Source: Armatimonadota bacterium | Lineage (GTDB): Bacteria; Armatimonadota; UBA5829; DTLH01 | Direction: 5' to 3' | Assembly: GCA_039679675.1 (NCBI GenBank) | Contig: JBDKUN010000019.1 | Coordinates: forward strand, 1-64,000 | DNA: 64,000 bases | Shown: positions 9,330 to 19,372 of the stretch, in pieces | Position numbering within the stretch: the first letter of the stretch is position 1 | Layout of the letters: the number at the start of each line of letters is the position of its first letter | Position numbers and translations under genes: made by a program | Notes under the pieces: model-generated | Seen by the model: only the letters and a program-made list of their open reading frames with translations | Databases searched by the model: none | What the model was told of the DNA's origin: nothing

Positions 9330-10254
9330 GGTTATAGAGTTTCTGAATCCGCAGCCTGGTCAGATATTCGTAGATTGCACACTTGGCGGCGCCGGGCACA
9401 CGAAAGCGATACTCAGCCGTATTATACCTGGGGGATGTGTCATAGGTATTGACCGCGACCAGGATTCGATAAACCAAGCGCAGCGCGAACTTGAAAATTT
9501 TAAAGAGAACGTAATCCTCGTCCGAAGAGATTTTGCAGATCTTGATGCGATACTTGAGGAGCTCTCGATAGAGTCAGTTAACGGGGTTCTGATGGACCTC
9601 GGTGTTTCATCCCACCAGTTGGATGAACCGGAGAGAGGGTTCAGTTTTCAGTCTCCTGCGCCGCTTGATATGAGGATGGACCGTTCGCAGCCGGAGACGG
9701 CTGCCGGTCTGGTCAACAGACTTTCTGAAAAAGAACTGGCGGACCTGATATATATCCATTCAGATGAGCGGTGGTCTAGGCGGATAGCGAGGGCCATAGT
9801 CCGGGCGAGGGAAAAATCGCCGATTACAACGACAACGGAGCTGGCCGAGATAGTGGCATCCGCTGTTCCCGGAGGACGAAGAGAGAAGATTCATCCTGCG
9901 ACGAGGACGTTTCAAGCGCTCAGGATCGCAGTGAACCGGGAGATGGAAGCTCTAGATAAGGCGCTCGAAGCAGCAGCGAGAGCCCTTGCAATCGGCGGGA
10001 GGATGTGCGTAATCAGCTACCATTCGCTCGAAGACAGAAAAGTTAAGCAGTTTTTTGTAGCCGGAAGCGGGCGATGTCAGTGTCCGCCGGAACTGCCGGT
10101 ATGCATATGCGGCAGAAAGCAGTTTCTTAAGGTTCTGACAAGGAGACCCGTAGTACCGGGCGATGAGGAAATAGAGGCAAATCCGCGAGCGCGGAGCGCC
10201 AAATTGAGGTGTGCCGAGAAAGTCGGCTTAAGGGACAGGGAAGGTAAAGAATAA
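9295..10254 (+). CDS. rsmH: 16S rRNA m4C1402 methyltransferase
   Basis: DCTLGGAGH, DLGVSSHQLD, PLDMRMD, HPATRTFQALRIAVN and NPRARSAKLR motifs. Confidence 0.97.
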   Translation: MQQYHRPALLDEVIEFLNPQPGQIFVDCTLGGAGHTKAILSRIIPGGCVIGIDRDQDSINQAQRELENFKENVILVRRDFADLDAILEELSIESVNGVLMDLGVSSHQLDEPERGFSFQSPAPLDMRMDRSQPETAAGLVNRLSEKELADLIYIHSDERWSRRIARAIVRAREKSPITTTTELAEIVASAVPGGRREKIHPATRTFQALRIAVNREMEALDKALEAAARALAIGGRMCVISYHSLEDRKVKQFFVAGSGRCQCPPELPVCICGRKQFLKVLTRRPVVPGDEEIEANPRARSAKLRCAEKVGLRDREGKE

Positions 10255-10640
10255 TGGCTGTAGCAGCAACAAAGGTAGCTCCCAGAGCTTCTGTAACCGA
10301 ACAACAACAGCATAAGGTATTACCACCGATCTCCCGCAGACACAGGAAAAAGCGGGGGATTATCCTCGTGAGGACCGTGTTTTGCGCCCTGGCTATGGTC
10401 TCTCTCCTCGGGTACATCGGGCTGTATGCCCAGGTCACGATCTACGGCTATAAGCGAGCGGAACTCGTGAAAAATATGAGGCAGATCGAAATGGAGAACC
10501 AGGTTCTCAGAGCAGAGATACAAACGCTATCAAGCCCGGAGCACCTGGCTGAAGCCGCATCCGCTGCCGGTATGACACCCGGTAGTGATGCCGTTTACAT
10601 TTCGACACGCGGCGATGTGAAAGTCGCGCGAGCCGACTGA
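10254..10640 (+). CDS. ftsL: Cell division protein FtsL-like
   Basis: Basic N-terminus, single TM helix and coiled coil ending LSSPEHL; lies between rsmH and the PBP gene. Confidence 0.75.
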   Translation: MAVAATKVAPRASVTEQQQHKVLPPISRRHRKKRGIILVRTVFCALAMVSLLGYIGLYAQVTIYGYKRAELVKNMRQIEMENQVLRAEIQTLSSPEHLAEAASAAGMTPGSDAVYISTRGDVKVARAD

Positions 10641-10713
10641 TAGCAATAATTGTGTCCTGTCGGTTGCACCCGACCACTGTTTATTGGTTTTTGTGATAAA
10701 TGGGAGGCCATTC

Positions 10714-12480
10714 GTGGCTGCGAAGTACCTGAAGTTTTTTAAGAAGCGTACCGCATGGCTTTTAGTCATATTTGGGGTTCTTTACCTCATGATAGCCGGG
10801 CGGCTTTTCTTCATACAGGTGCTGAATAACGAGCATTATCGGAAATTTGCTGAAGATGTTCGGTTGAGACAGCCGAAAACACCGGCGATTCGCGGCGACA
10901 TCTGCGACAGAAATGGCAGCCAGCTTGCTACGAGTGTCCCTGCCTGCGCGGTTTATATCAACCCTAAGCAGATCAAGGACAGACAGAAAGTCGTGGCGCA
11001 GCTTTCGCAGCTCATAGGGATGGATCAAGCCGATGTGGATGCAATTATCGGAAAAGCGATTCTCAAGAGGAGGACATTCGTTTATATCAAGCGGCAGCTT
11101 CCCCCAGAGATCGGCGATAAAGTCCGCAAGGCGAATATTCCAGCTGTCGGCATACTGAGTGAGTCGAAGAGAGTCTATCCGTGCGGCAGTCTGGCTGCTC
11201 ACATACTTGGATTTGCGTGTATTGACGGTATCGGCCGCGAGGGAATCGAACGGGCCGAGGACCATTATCTTAAGGGCCGGGACGGCTATACCGAGGCCGA
11301 AGTAGATTCAAAAGGCCGGATTATCCCGGAGACGGAGCGGCGGACGGAGCCGCCGGTCAATGGCTGCAAGATCAATCTGACTATCGATGCATATTTGCAG
11401 CATGTCACAGAAGAAGCTCTAGCTGCCAGTTTCAAAAAGTATCATGCTGTTGGAGCTACGGCGATTGTGCTCGATCCGAGAACGGGAGAAATCCTTGCGC
11501 TGGCCAATTGTCCGGCTTACGATCCTAACAATCGCAAAGGTGTCAAGGCCGATGTATGGCGGAACAGGGCGATTACCGATCTTTACGAGCCTGGGTCCAC
11601 TTTGAAAATGGTGACTGTCTCGGCAGGCGTGGAAGAGGGGTTGTCACCGACTGAAGTTATGGCGACCTGCACTCGTCAGGGTATGCAGATCGGCAAGAAC
11701 AAGGTCAGGTGTTCGCTTCACGCGCCCTACGGATCGGGCCATGGCGCAGTCAATATGTTCGCTATCATCAGGCATTCCTGCAACATAGGTGCAGCGGCTG
11801 TTGCGCTCAGGATAGGGCCTGACAAGTTTTACTCATATCTAAAGGGGTTTGGATTGCAGTCCAGACCAGGAAGCGAGATGTCCGGAGAGACCTACTTCCC
11901 GCTTGGTTCACCGGATGGATGGTCTGCTATAAAGCTCGCCAATATCGGTTTTGGACAGGGTATCGCCGTAAGCCCGCTTCAGATGGCCTGCGCGTATGGA
12001 GCAATCGCAAACGGCGGCAAGCTGATGCAGCCGAGGGTGATCCGCGAGATACGTGACCAGGACGGGAAGCTCGTTCGGGCATTCGACCCTAAGGTAGTCC
12101 GGCAGGTGGTCTCAGAGGCTACTGCGAGGAAAGTGACCGAGATGCTGATGGACTGTGTGGACGACGGCACCGGGAAGACGTCCAAGATCGAAGGTTACAG
12201 CGTCGCGGGGAAGACCGGCAGCGCGCAGAAGGCTCGTGTAGATGGGCGCGGATACGCCCCGGGCAAGTTTATTGCTTCCTTTATGGGGTTTGTTCCGGCG
12301 CGGAATCCACGGCTGGTGATTTGTGTAGCGGTCGATGAGCCGAAGGGGACGCACTGGGGAGCTACAGTCGCGGGTCCTGTCTTTAAAGAGATTGCCCAGA
12401 GAGCGATGCTCCATCTGGGGGTTCAGCCGGATGAGCCGCTTTCGCCGGAGATAAAGGTGAAAGGCAACTCCGGCGCGTAG
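10714..12480 (+). CDS. ftsI: Class B penicillin-binding protein (FtsI/SpoVD-like)
   Basis: RGDICDRNG, YEPGSTLK (SxxK), HSCN (SxN) and KTG motifs; GTG 10714 after GGGAGG. Confidence 0.9.
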   Translation: MAAKYLKFFKKRTAWLLVIFGVLYLMIAGRLFFIQVLNNEHYRKFAEDVRLRQPKTPAIRGDICDRNGSQLATSVPACAVYINPKQIKDRQKVVAQLSQLIGMDQADVDAIIGKAILKRRTFVYIKRQLPPEIGDKVRKANIPAVGILSESKRVYPCGSLAAHILGFACIDGIGREGIERAEDHYLKGRDGYTEAEVDSKGRIIPETERRTEPPVNGCKINLTIDAYLQHVTEEALAASFKKYHAVGATAIVLDPRTGEILALANCPAYDPNNRKGVKADVWRNRAITDLYEPGSTLKMVTVSAGVEEGLSPTEVMATCTRQGMQIGKNKVRCSLHAPYGSGHGAVNMFAIIRHSCNIGAAAVALRIGPDKFYSYLKGFGLQSRPGSEMSGETYFPLGSPDGWSAIKLANIGFGQGIAVSPLQMACAYGAIANGGKLMQPRVIREIRDQDGKLVRAFDPKVVRQVVSEATARKVTEMLMDCVDDGTGKTSKIEGYSVAGKTGSAQKARVDGRGYAPGKFIASFMGFVPARNPRLVICVAVDEPKGTHWGATVAGPVFKEIAQRAMLHLGVQPDEPLSPEIKVKGNSGA

Positions 12481-12498
12481 AAAGTCTTTATCAAGCTT

Positions 12499-12733
12499 GG
12501 GGCTGAGAGGCTAGGAACGGAAACTTGGGCGAGTTCGGTCCCAGCCTTCAGTCCCGGGGTTTTAGAAGTTTTGTTGTCAGGTGTCGGGACAGATATCTCG
12601 ATACAACGAAAGATCTTGCGGCTGTAGTACTCCGGAAAATACTGCGGCTGAGCGAGTTGGGGGCCGTACATGAAGCTGGAACCAGGAATCTTGGGCGAGT
12701 CCTACTCTGTGCTGTGCGGCCCTTTTCTTTTTT
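12499..12733 (+). ncRNA. Putative structured RNA upstream of murE (unknown family)
   Basis: Four hairpins (12499-12555, about 12571-12610, 12621-12648, 12661-12722). The first and last share CTTGGGCGAGT at the apex, and the last is followed by TTTTCTTTTTT. Confidence 0.45.
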
Positions 12734-12762
12734 GCTGGATTTTATAAACGGAAAGTGGAATT

Positions 12763-14223
12763 ATGCGCCTTAACGAGCTTATCAAACCGGTTGGAGCAAG
12801 CTCTCCGGCTGGTGACGTAGATATTACCGGGATCACCTATGACTCTCGCAAGGTGGGTCCCGGTTCGCTGTTTGTAGCCTTCAAAGGCGGGACTTTTGAC
12901 GGTCATTCGTTTATCGGAGACGCAGTTGCAAAGGGCGCAGCTGCGATTGTCTCTGAAAGAGAAGTGCAGGCAGATGTCCCCGTAGTTGTTGTCCCAGATT
13001 CACGCGCCGCACTTCCGGCGCTTGCCGCAAAATTCTTCGATTACCCTTCGCGCAAGATGACAATGGTCGGTGTGACCGGCACAAACGGTAAGACGACTAC
13101 GACGCACATGGTCCAGAGCATATTTCAGGCTGAAGGGAAAAAGGCCGGGCTCATTGGGACATTAGGGTCGCGAATAGGCGATAAGCTCATCGAGACGGAG
13201 CACACCACGCCTGAGTCGTCGGATTTACAGCAGGTCCTTGCGAAGATGGTCGATGAGAAGGTCGATGCGCTTGCAATGGAGGTCTCATCCCACGCTCTGG
13301 TGCAGGGGAGAAGCGCCTACTGTGAGTTCGACTGTGCGATATTCACCAACCTCACTCAGGACCACCTGGATTTCCACGGGACTCTTGAAGATTATCTTGC
13401 AGCCAAACTGATGCTTTTCTCTGAGTACCCCTCGCGCTCATCAAAGCACTTTGTTGCAGCCGTAAACGTAGACGACCCGTCCGCCGAGAAGGTAATCAAG
13501 GCGACAAAAGGCGATATAATAACTTACGGGATAGATTCGGAAGCGGATGTAAGAGGTTCCGACATAGATGTAACCGCATCGGGCGTTTCGTTCGTTATAA
13601 ACTATGGTGGCCGGTTGACGCAGGTCTCACTGCCGGTCGGCGGCTATTTCAACGCTTATAACAGCCTCTCTGCTGCTGCTGCCGGGTTGGCACTCGGAAT
13701 AGACCTTGAGACAGTCGTAAAAGGGCTGGAAAGTGTGTCGAAGGTTCCAGGACGGTTCGAGTCAGTGGACTGCGGGCAGGATTTTGGGGTGCTTGTCGAT
13801 TATGCGCACACCCCGGACGGCTTGGAGAACGTTCTGAAGACGGCCAGAAGCCTCGCTAAAGAGCGATTGATAGCTGTTTTTGGCTGCGGAGGGAACCGCG
13901 ACCGTGGAAAACGTCCAATTATGGGCCGGATCGGCTCCGAGCTTGCCGATGTCGTGATAATCACATCCGACAACCCTCGGAAGGAAGACCCGGCGGAGAT
14001 AATCAAGGACATTCTTGAAGGAGTGCCGGCTGGCATCAAACCTGATGTCATGGTAGACCGCGGGGATGCGATAGAGCACGCGATTATGATGGCCGAAAGG
14101 GGCGATCTGGTAGTAATCGCAGGCAAAGGGCACGAGGATTACCAGATTTTCGCCGACCGCACAATTCACTTCGATGACAGGGAAGTAGCGAGAGAAGTTA
14201 TTAAGAAGAAGCTGAACAAGTAA
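12763..14223 (+). CDS. murE: UDP-MurNAc-tripeptide synthetase (meso-DAP type)
   Basis: GVTGTNGKTT, MEVSSH, TNLTQDHLDFH, DYAHTPD, DNPR and AGKGHEDYQ motifs. Confidence 0.97.
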   Translation: MRLNELIKPVGASSPAGDVDITGITYDSRKVGPGSLFVAFKGGTFDGHSFIGDAVAKGAAAIVSEREVQADVPVVVVPDSRAALPALAAKFFDYPSRKMTMVGVTGTNGKTTTTHMVQSIFQAEGKKAGLIGTLGSRIGDKLIETEHTTPESSDLQQVLAKMVDEKVDALAMEVSSHALVQGRSAYCEFDCAIFTNLTQDHLDFHGTLEDYLAAKLMLFSEYPSRSSKHFVAAVNVDDPSAEKVIKATKGDIITYGIDSEADVRGSDIDVTASGVSFVINYGGRLTQVSLPVGGYFNAYNSLSAAAAGLALGIDLETVVKGLESVSKVPGRFESVDCGQDFGVLVDYAHTPDGLENVLKTARSLAKERLIAVFGCGGNRDRGKRPIMGRIGSELADVVIITSDNPRKEDPAEIIKDILEGVPAGIKPDVMVDRGDAIEHAIMMAERGDLVVIAGKGHEDYQIFADRTIHFDDREVAREVIKKKLNK

Positions 14224-14246
14224 AACGTCACACTGAACAAACTACC

Positions 14247-14313
14247 ACGTCACCCTGAACTTGATTCAGGGTCCATTCCTTTTCTGGATTCCGAGTCAAG
14301 CTCGGAATGACGT
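14247..14313. repeat. Palindromic GTCA...TGAC-type miniature repeat (REP/RPE-like)
   Basis: ACGTCACCCTGAACTTGATTCAGGGTC...GATTCCGAGTCAAGCTCGGAATGACGT: two hairpins closed by ACGTCA/TGACGT. A partial copy ACGTCACACTGAAC lies at 14225-14238. Confidence 0.65.
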
Positions 14314-14339
14314 TGTTGATATACAAAAGTAGATAAATA

Positions 14340-15695
14340 ATGATTTACACAATACGCGAGGCGATAGCCGCTCTTGGCGGCGAACTGGTCAAAGGGAAAA
14401 CCGACACGAAAGTGACCGGCGTATCGACAGATACCCGCACAATCAAGCCGGGAGACCTCTTCTTCGCGCTCATAAGCGAAAACTCCGACGGGCACAGGTT
14501 CGCCGCTGCTGCTGTAGAAAAAGGCGCATCCGGTGTTGTCGTCTCTCAAGATGTCGATGCAGAAGGGACGGTTATTCGCGTTCCAGACACGCTGGTGGCT
14601 CTTGGCGACCTCGCAGCGTGGTACCGGCGGCAGTTCAATGTCCGCGCAGTGGGGATTACGGGGAGCGTGGGGAAGACCTCCACAAAAGAGATGATAGCTG
14701 CTGTCCTAGGGCGCAGGTTCAATGTGCTGAAAAACGCGGGAAATTTCAATAACGAGATCGGCGCTCCTCTGACGATATTCCAGCTCCAACCTGAGCACGA
14801 TATTCTGGTTCAGGAAATGGCTATGCGGCTTCCCGGCGAGATCACGGAGCTTGCGGAGATCGTACGGCCTGACATAGGAGTCATCACCAACATCGGGATT
14901 TCGCACATAGAGCGGCTGGGCAGCCGCGATGCGATTGCTGCGGCCAAGTCGGAGCTTCTGGAAGCCCTTCCGATGGAGGGAATCGCCGTTCTCAATGCAG
15001 ACGATCCCTATTTCGAGTTTTTATCCGGCAAAGTGCCGTGCAATGTGACCTCTTACGGAGTCAAAGCGGGTGATGTCCGGGCTGAAAATGTCAAGATGGA
15101 TGCAGATGGAAGGCCGAGATTTACCGTAGTAGTAGGTGAGGCAAGTTTTGATGTTGCCCTTCCTGTCATAGGCGAGCACAACGTTTTGAACGCTCTTGCC
15201 GCAGTGGCCGTGGGCTTATGTTTCGGTGTCTCCAAGGAGGAAATTGCTGCCGGGCTGGAGTCTTTGTCATCTACGGAAAAACGGGCAAATGTCATCGAGT
15301 GTTCAGGCGGCTACAAGGTTATAGATGACTCCTACAATGCGAGTCCTGCGTCCATGACAGGCGCTCTGAAGACACTTGCCGTTATGGACGGGGCGCGAAA
15401 GATAGCCGTGCTCGGCGATATGAAGGAACTTGGAGACCACGCTGAAGCAGCTCATACCGAAGTGGGAAAGGTCGCTGCAGAATCGGGCTTAAGTATGTTA
15501 GTTACCGTCGGGGAGTTGGCAAAGAACATTTCATCCGGTGCGAAAAGCGCCGGTTTTACCGGAGATATTCTGGAATTCTACACGAGCGATGAAGCCGCCG
15601 CCGGTCTTAAAGGTGTTATCAAGGCCGGTGATGTTGTCCTCGTGAAAGCCTCCCGCTCGATGGAGACAGAAAAGATAGTGGAGGCGCTCAAATGA
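14340..15695 (+). CDS. murF: UDP-MurNAc-pentapeptide ligase
   Basis: GITGSVGKTSTKE, GNFNNEIG, DDSYNASP, LGDMKELG and VKASR motifs. Confidence 0.96.
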   Translation: MIYTIREAIAALGGELVKGKTDTKVTGVSTDTRTIKPGDLFFALISENSDGHRFAAAAVEKGASGVVVSQDVDAEGTVIRVPDTLVALGDLAAWYRRQFNVRAVGITGSVGKTSTKEMIAAVLGRRFNVLKNAGNFNNEIGAPLTIFQLQPEHDILVQEMAMRLPGEITELAEIVRPDIGVITNIGISHIERLGSRDAIAAAKSELLEALPMEGIAVLNADDPYFEFLSGKVPCNVTSYGVKAGDVRAENVKMDADGRPRFTVVVGEASFDVALPVIGEHNVLNALAAVAVGLCFGVSKEEIAAGLESLSSTEKRANVIECSGGYKVIDDSYNASPASMTGALKTLAVMDGARKIAVLGDMKELGDHAEAAHTEVGKVAAESGLSMLVTVGELAKNISSGAKSAGFTGDILEFYTSDEAAAGLKGVIKAGDVVLVKASRSMETEKIVEALK

Positions 15696-16732
15696 TGGCG
15701 CTTGATATAACTTCTCTCATAGCATTTTTTATAGCTTTTGTAGGCGCGATGATCATCATGCCTTTCACGATATCCACCCTTAAGGCGATGAAAGCCGGGC
15801 AGGTAATACAGCAGGAAGGCCCGCAAGCTCACGCCGCGAAAGCCGGAACTCCCACAATGGGCGGCATAGGTATTCTCTTTGGGCTGCTCCTTGGAGCCGG
15901 GTGGTTCGTCTGCAAAGAGGTGGCATCTACCGCTGTTCAGCCGCAGTCGCCCAGTATGACGATTGTGTTTGCGGTGCTCATACTTACGCTCGCTTATGCT
16001 GTGCTCGGAGCCGCGGACGATTATCTGACCATCCGCCCGCGCGGTGGAGTCCGGGGCATCGGCAGCAAACCGAAGTTCGCGCTGCAGTTTCTGATTGCTA
16101 TTGCATTTGTAGCATGGCTCAATTACAGCGGAAACATGAGCACTGTCATCAAACTCGGCTCGCTCTTCAGCTTTGACCTCGGTTGGGCGTATGCGCCTCT
16201 CGCGGTACTTTTTATCACCGGGATGGCGAACTTCGTAAACATTACGGATGGGCTGGATGGCCTTGCCGCGGGGCTCACGATCCCGCTTGCGCTCTCACTT
16301 GCCTTGATACCGGCGCTTATGGGTATCAGCGGCAGTTCACCATACTCCTGCCTGCTTTTCGCCATCGCCGGAGCCTGTCTGGCGTTCCTCTGGTATAACT
16401 ATAACCCTGCGAAGGTATTTATGGGCGATACGGGCTCTCTCGCAATCGGCGTGATGATCCCGGCGCTTGCAATCGTGATGAAACTCGAAGTATTCATGAT
16501 TATCGCGGGGATGGTCTTCATACTGGACGGGCTTTCATCCGCCCTGCAGTGGGCGTATTTCAAGTATACGAGGATACGGACCGGTACAGGAAAGCGGATA
16601 TTCAAGATGAGCCCGGTGCATCACCATTTCGAGCTTTCCGGTCTGCCTGAGCAGCTTGTTGTGGTCAGATTCTGGATTGTGGGAGCATTATTCGCACTTC
16701 TCGCGCTTTTGATTGCGGGGTTACAACTGTAA
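15692..16732 (+). CDS. mraY: Phospho-MurNAc-pentapeptide transferase
   Basis: KAGTPTMGG, DDY, NITDGLDGLA, PAKVFMGDTGS and PVHHHFEL motifs. Confidence 0.97.
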   Translation: MMALDITSLIAFFIAFVGAMIIMPFTISTLKAMKAGQVIQQEGPQAHAAKAGTPTMGGIGILFGLLLGAGWFVCKEVASTAVQPQSPSMTIVFAVLILTLAYAVLGAADDYLTIRPRGGVRGIGSKPKFALQFLIAIAFVAWLNYSGNMSTVIKLGSLFSFDLGWAYAPLAVLFITGMANFVNITDGLDGLAAGLTIPLALSLALIPALMGISGSSPYSCLLFAIAGACLAFLWYNYNPAKVFMGDTGSLAIGVMIPALAIVMKLEVFMIIAGMVFILDGLSSALQWAYFKYTRIRTGTGKRIFKMSPVHHHFELSGLPEQLVVVRFWIVGALFALLALLIAGLQL

Positions 16733-18150
16733 TGACAGAAAAAGAGTTTGCAGGAAGAACAGTTGCTGTCATTGGGATGGCAAGGACGGGAATGGCAGCG
16801 GCAGAGGTTCTGACGGACCTCGGTGCGCGTGTTATTTTGTTCGATCAGCAACCTGCAAACAAGCTGGAAAGCGCTATAAACGAAGCAAAAAAGCTCGGCG
16901 TGGAAGTGAAAGTTGAGCATCCCGGCGTCGATTTCGATGGCGTCGATCTTCTTATTCCGAGCCCCGGCGTCAGAGCGACTTCACCTATTTTTACAGAGGC
17001 GAAGGCTCGCGGCGTCGAGATCATGTCCGAGATCGAACTGGCGTACCGAATCTCGAAAGCCCCTATGATAGCAATCACCGGAACGAACGGCAAGACAACC
17101 ACTACTGTTCTTACCGGAAAGATCATGGAAGCCGACGGCAGGGAGACTTATATCGGCGGCAATGTTGCAGCAGGCGGCCTCAAGCTGCCTCTTGTGAAAG
17201 CTGCTCACCAGGCATCCCCGGACGCGGTCATTGTAGCAGAGATCAGCACATTTCAGCTCGAATGGATTTCAAGTTTCAAGCCGAAAGTTGCGATGCTTCT
17301 TAATATCACCGTCGATCACCCCGACCGGCACACTCCCGAAGAGTATGCTTTTCTCAAGGAGAGTATATACAGGTATCAGGATTCAAACGACTACTCGGTT
17401 TCCAACCTTGATAACAGCCCATCAGCCGCCGCAGGTTCCCGCGCCCATGGACAAAAGCTCATTTTCAGCAGACTTCAGCCGGTGGAGCAGGGTGCATTCG
17501 TAGAAGACAGGCTGATAAAGGTTAGAATCGGCGGACGGGAAACGGTCGCCTGTTCTATTGAGGACATCGAGTCATCCGGCAGCCTTCCAGGCACACATAA
17601 CATCGAAAACGTGCTCGCAGCGTCGTGTGCGGCGATCGCTATGGGAGCGAAACCTGAGAGCATCGTAACCGCAGTGAGGAATTTTGCCGGTGTTGAGCAT
17701 AGAATGGAGAAGGTGCTGACGGCAGGCGGCGTCGAATATATCAATAACTCGATGTGCACTAATGCCGAAGCCTTCGCAAGATCGGTCGAGTCCGTCGGAC
17801 GTCCTGCTGTGGTCATAGCGGGCGGAAAGCACAAGGGTGGAAGCCTCGAACAGGTGGCCCAGGCGGTAAAGAAATACGCTAAGCACCTGGTTCTGATCGG
17901 CGCAAGTGCGGACGAGATCGAAGAAGCAGTCCGCGAGACGGGATATACGAATATCACCCGTGCAGCCTCGATGGACGACGCAGTAGCTAAGGCAGCCGCG
18001 CTTGCGGCGCCTGGTGATACGGTTATTCTTGCTCCGGGATGCGCGAGCTTCGACATGTTCATCAGTTTCGAAGAAAGAGGCGACGTTTTTAAGAGCGCCG
18101 TAAAGCAGCAAGTATCTCTGAGGTGGGAAAAAGATGAAAAAGGCTGCTAG
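16732..18150 (+). CDS. murD: UDP-MurNAc-L-Ala:D-Glu ligase
   Basis: SPGV, AITGTNGKTT, EISTFQLE, GVEHRME and PGCASFDMF..FEERG motifs. Confidence 0.96.
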   Translation: MTEKEFAGRTVAVIGMARTGMAAAEVLTDLGARVILFDQQPANKLESAINEAKKLGVEVKVEHPGVDFDGVDLLIPSPGVRATSPIFTEAKARGVEIMSEIELAYRISKAPMIAITGTNGKTTTTVLTGKIMEADGRETYIGGNVAAGGLKLPLVKAAHQASPDAVIVAEISTFQLEWISSFKPKVAMLLNITVDHPDRHTPEEYAFLKESIYRYQDSNDYSVSNLDNSPSAAAGSRAHGQKLIFSRLQPVEQGAFVEDRLIKVRIGGRETVACSIEDIESSGSLPGTHNIENVLAASCAAIAMGAKPESIVTAVRNFAGVEHRMEKVLTAGGVEYINNSMCTNAEAFARSVESVGRPAVVIAGGKHKGGSLEQVAQAVKKYAKHLVLIGASADEIEEAVRETGYTNITRAASMDDAVAKAAALAAPGDTVILAPGCASFDMFISFEERGDVFKSAVKQQVSLRWEKDEKGC

Positions 18151-19372
18151 AAGACAGCCTGCGGATGGCTGGTTCTTTGCGACTACAGTGATGCTGGTAG
18201 TTGTCGGCATACTGCTGGTATTCGATTCCAGTTTTGCAAGAGCCGGTGATAAGGGTCTGTCGAACTCGTGGTATTTTGTGAACCGGCAGATTATGTTCGC
18301 CGCTATCGGGTTTGTGGGCCTGTTTCTGGGGATGAAAATCCATCCTGAGAAGTTGAGAACCGTGACAAAGATCTTCATGCTTCTTTCCATCATACTCCTT
18401 GGGGTTGTTATGGTCCCTGGGCTCGGAAAATCGATTGCAGGAGCTGCGAGATGGATTCCCATCGGGCCGTTCCATCTTCAGCCGTCTGAGGTTGCCAAAC
18501 TTGCGGTCATCTTTTACCTGGCGGACCGGCTTTCTGCAAAAGGCCCTCAGATCAGACAGATCGGAGTGCTGATTTCGCATCTTGCGGTTGTCGGTCTGAT
18601 TGTAGCATTTGTCCTTGTCGAGCCGGATATGGGGACAGCGTCATCTATTGTCTTTATCACGGCTGCCATGCTCTATGTTGCAGGTGTGAGGAAGCGGCAT
18701 ATGATCGGGCTGGCTGCGACAGGCATAGCTATGGGCGGACTGCTGATAGCCATCGAGCCGTACAGGCTTCAGAGGGTATTGACGTTCCTCGATCCAAGCA
18801 AGGACTACTATGGGAGCGGTTATCAGATCACGCATGCCTTGATGGCCCTTGCTACAGGCGGTATCGCCGGGGTAGGTCCTTGTGAAGGACGCGAAAAGTT
18901 TTTCATCCCCGCGCCTCAGACTGATATGATCGCAGCGACGCTTGCCGAAGAAGCCGGGCTTATCGGAATGCTTATCCTGCTCGGCCTGTTTTTCGTATTC
19001 ACATATCGAGGGTTTTGCATAGGGCATAAAGCAAAGAGCCCGTATATGGGGTTTCTTGCGATAGGTATAACTTCGATGATCAGCGTTCAGGCTATTATGA
19101 ATGTTGCAGTGTTTAGCGCATCGATGCCTGCAACGGGAGTGCCGCTGCCGTTCATCAGCTACGGCGGGTCGCATCTTCTGGTAATGCTGTTCGGCGCGGG
19201 AATAGTCCTTTCTGTGTCGCGGCACCTGGAAGAGCAGATAAAAGAACCGGAATTGGAAGCTTATGAAAATCGTTGTAACAGGCGGAGGGACAGGCGGGCA
19301 TATTTATCCTGCACTGAGTATCGCTCATCAGCTAGAGGCGGAAGGCGTCGAAGAACTCCTGTTCGTCGGTAG
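18134..19372 (+). CDS. ftsW: SEDS peptidoglycan polymerase FtsW
   Basis: GAARWI, QPSEVAK, EPDMGT and TGVPLPFISYGGS motifs; multiple TM helices. Confidence 0.95.
   Translation: MKKAARRQPADGWFFATTVMLVVVGILLVFDSSFARAGDKGLSNSWYFVNRQIMFAAIGFVGLFLGMKIHPEKLRTVTKIFMLLSIILLGVVMVPGLGKSIAGAARWIPIGPFHLQPSEVAKLAVIFYLADRLSAKGPQIRQIGVLISHLAVVGLIVAFVLVEPDMGTASSIVFITAAMLYVAGVRKRHMIGLAATGIAMGGLLIAIEPYRLQRVLTFLDPSKDYYGSGYQITHALMALATGGIAGVGPCEGREKFFIPAPQTDMIAATLAEEAGLIGMLILLGLFFVFTYRGFCIGHKAKSPYMGFLAIGITSMISVQAIMNVAVFSASMPATGVPLPFISYGGSHLLVMLFGAGIVLSVSRHLEEQIKEPELEAYENRCNRRRDRRAYLSCTEYRSSARGGRRRRTPVRR

Noticed and set aside
12525..12773. 82-aa ORF overlapping the murE start
   Set aside because: TTG start without a clear RBS and no recognisable motifs; the region is better explained by RNA structure.
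19263..19372. 110-bp ftsW/murG overlap
   Set aside because: The FtsW tail looks like incidental read-through of murG sequence; overlaps are common in dcw clusters.
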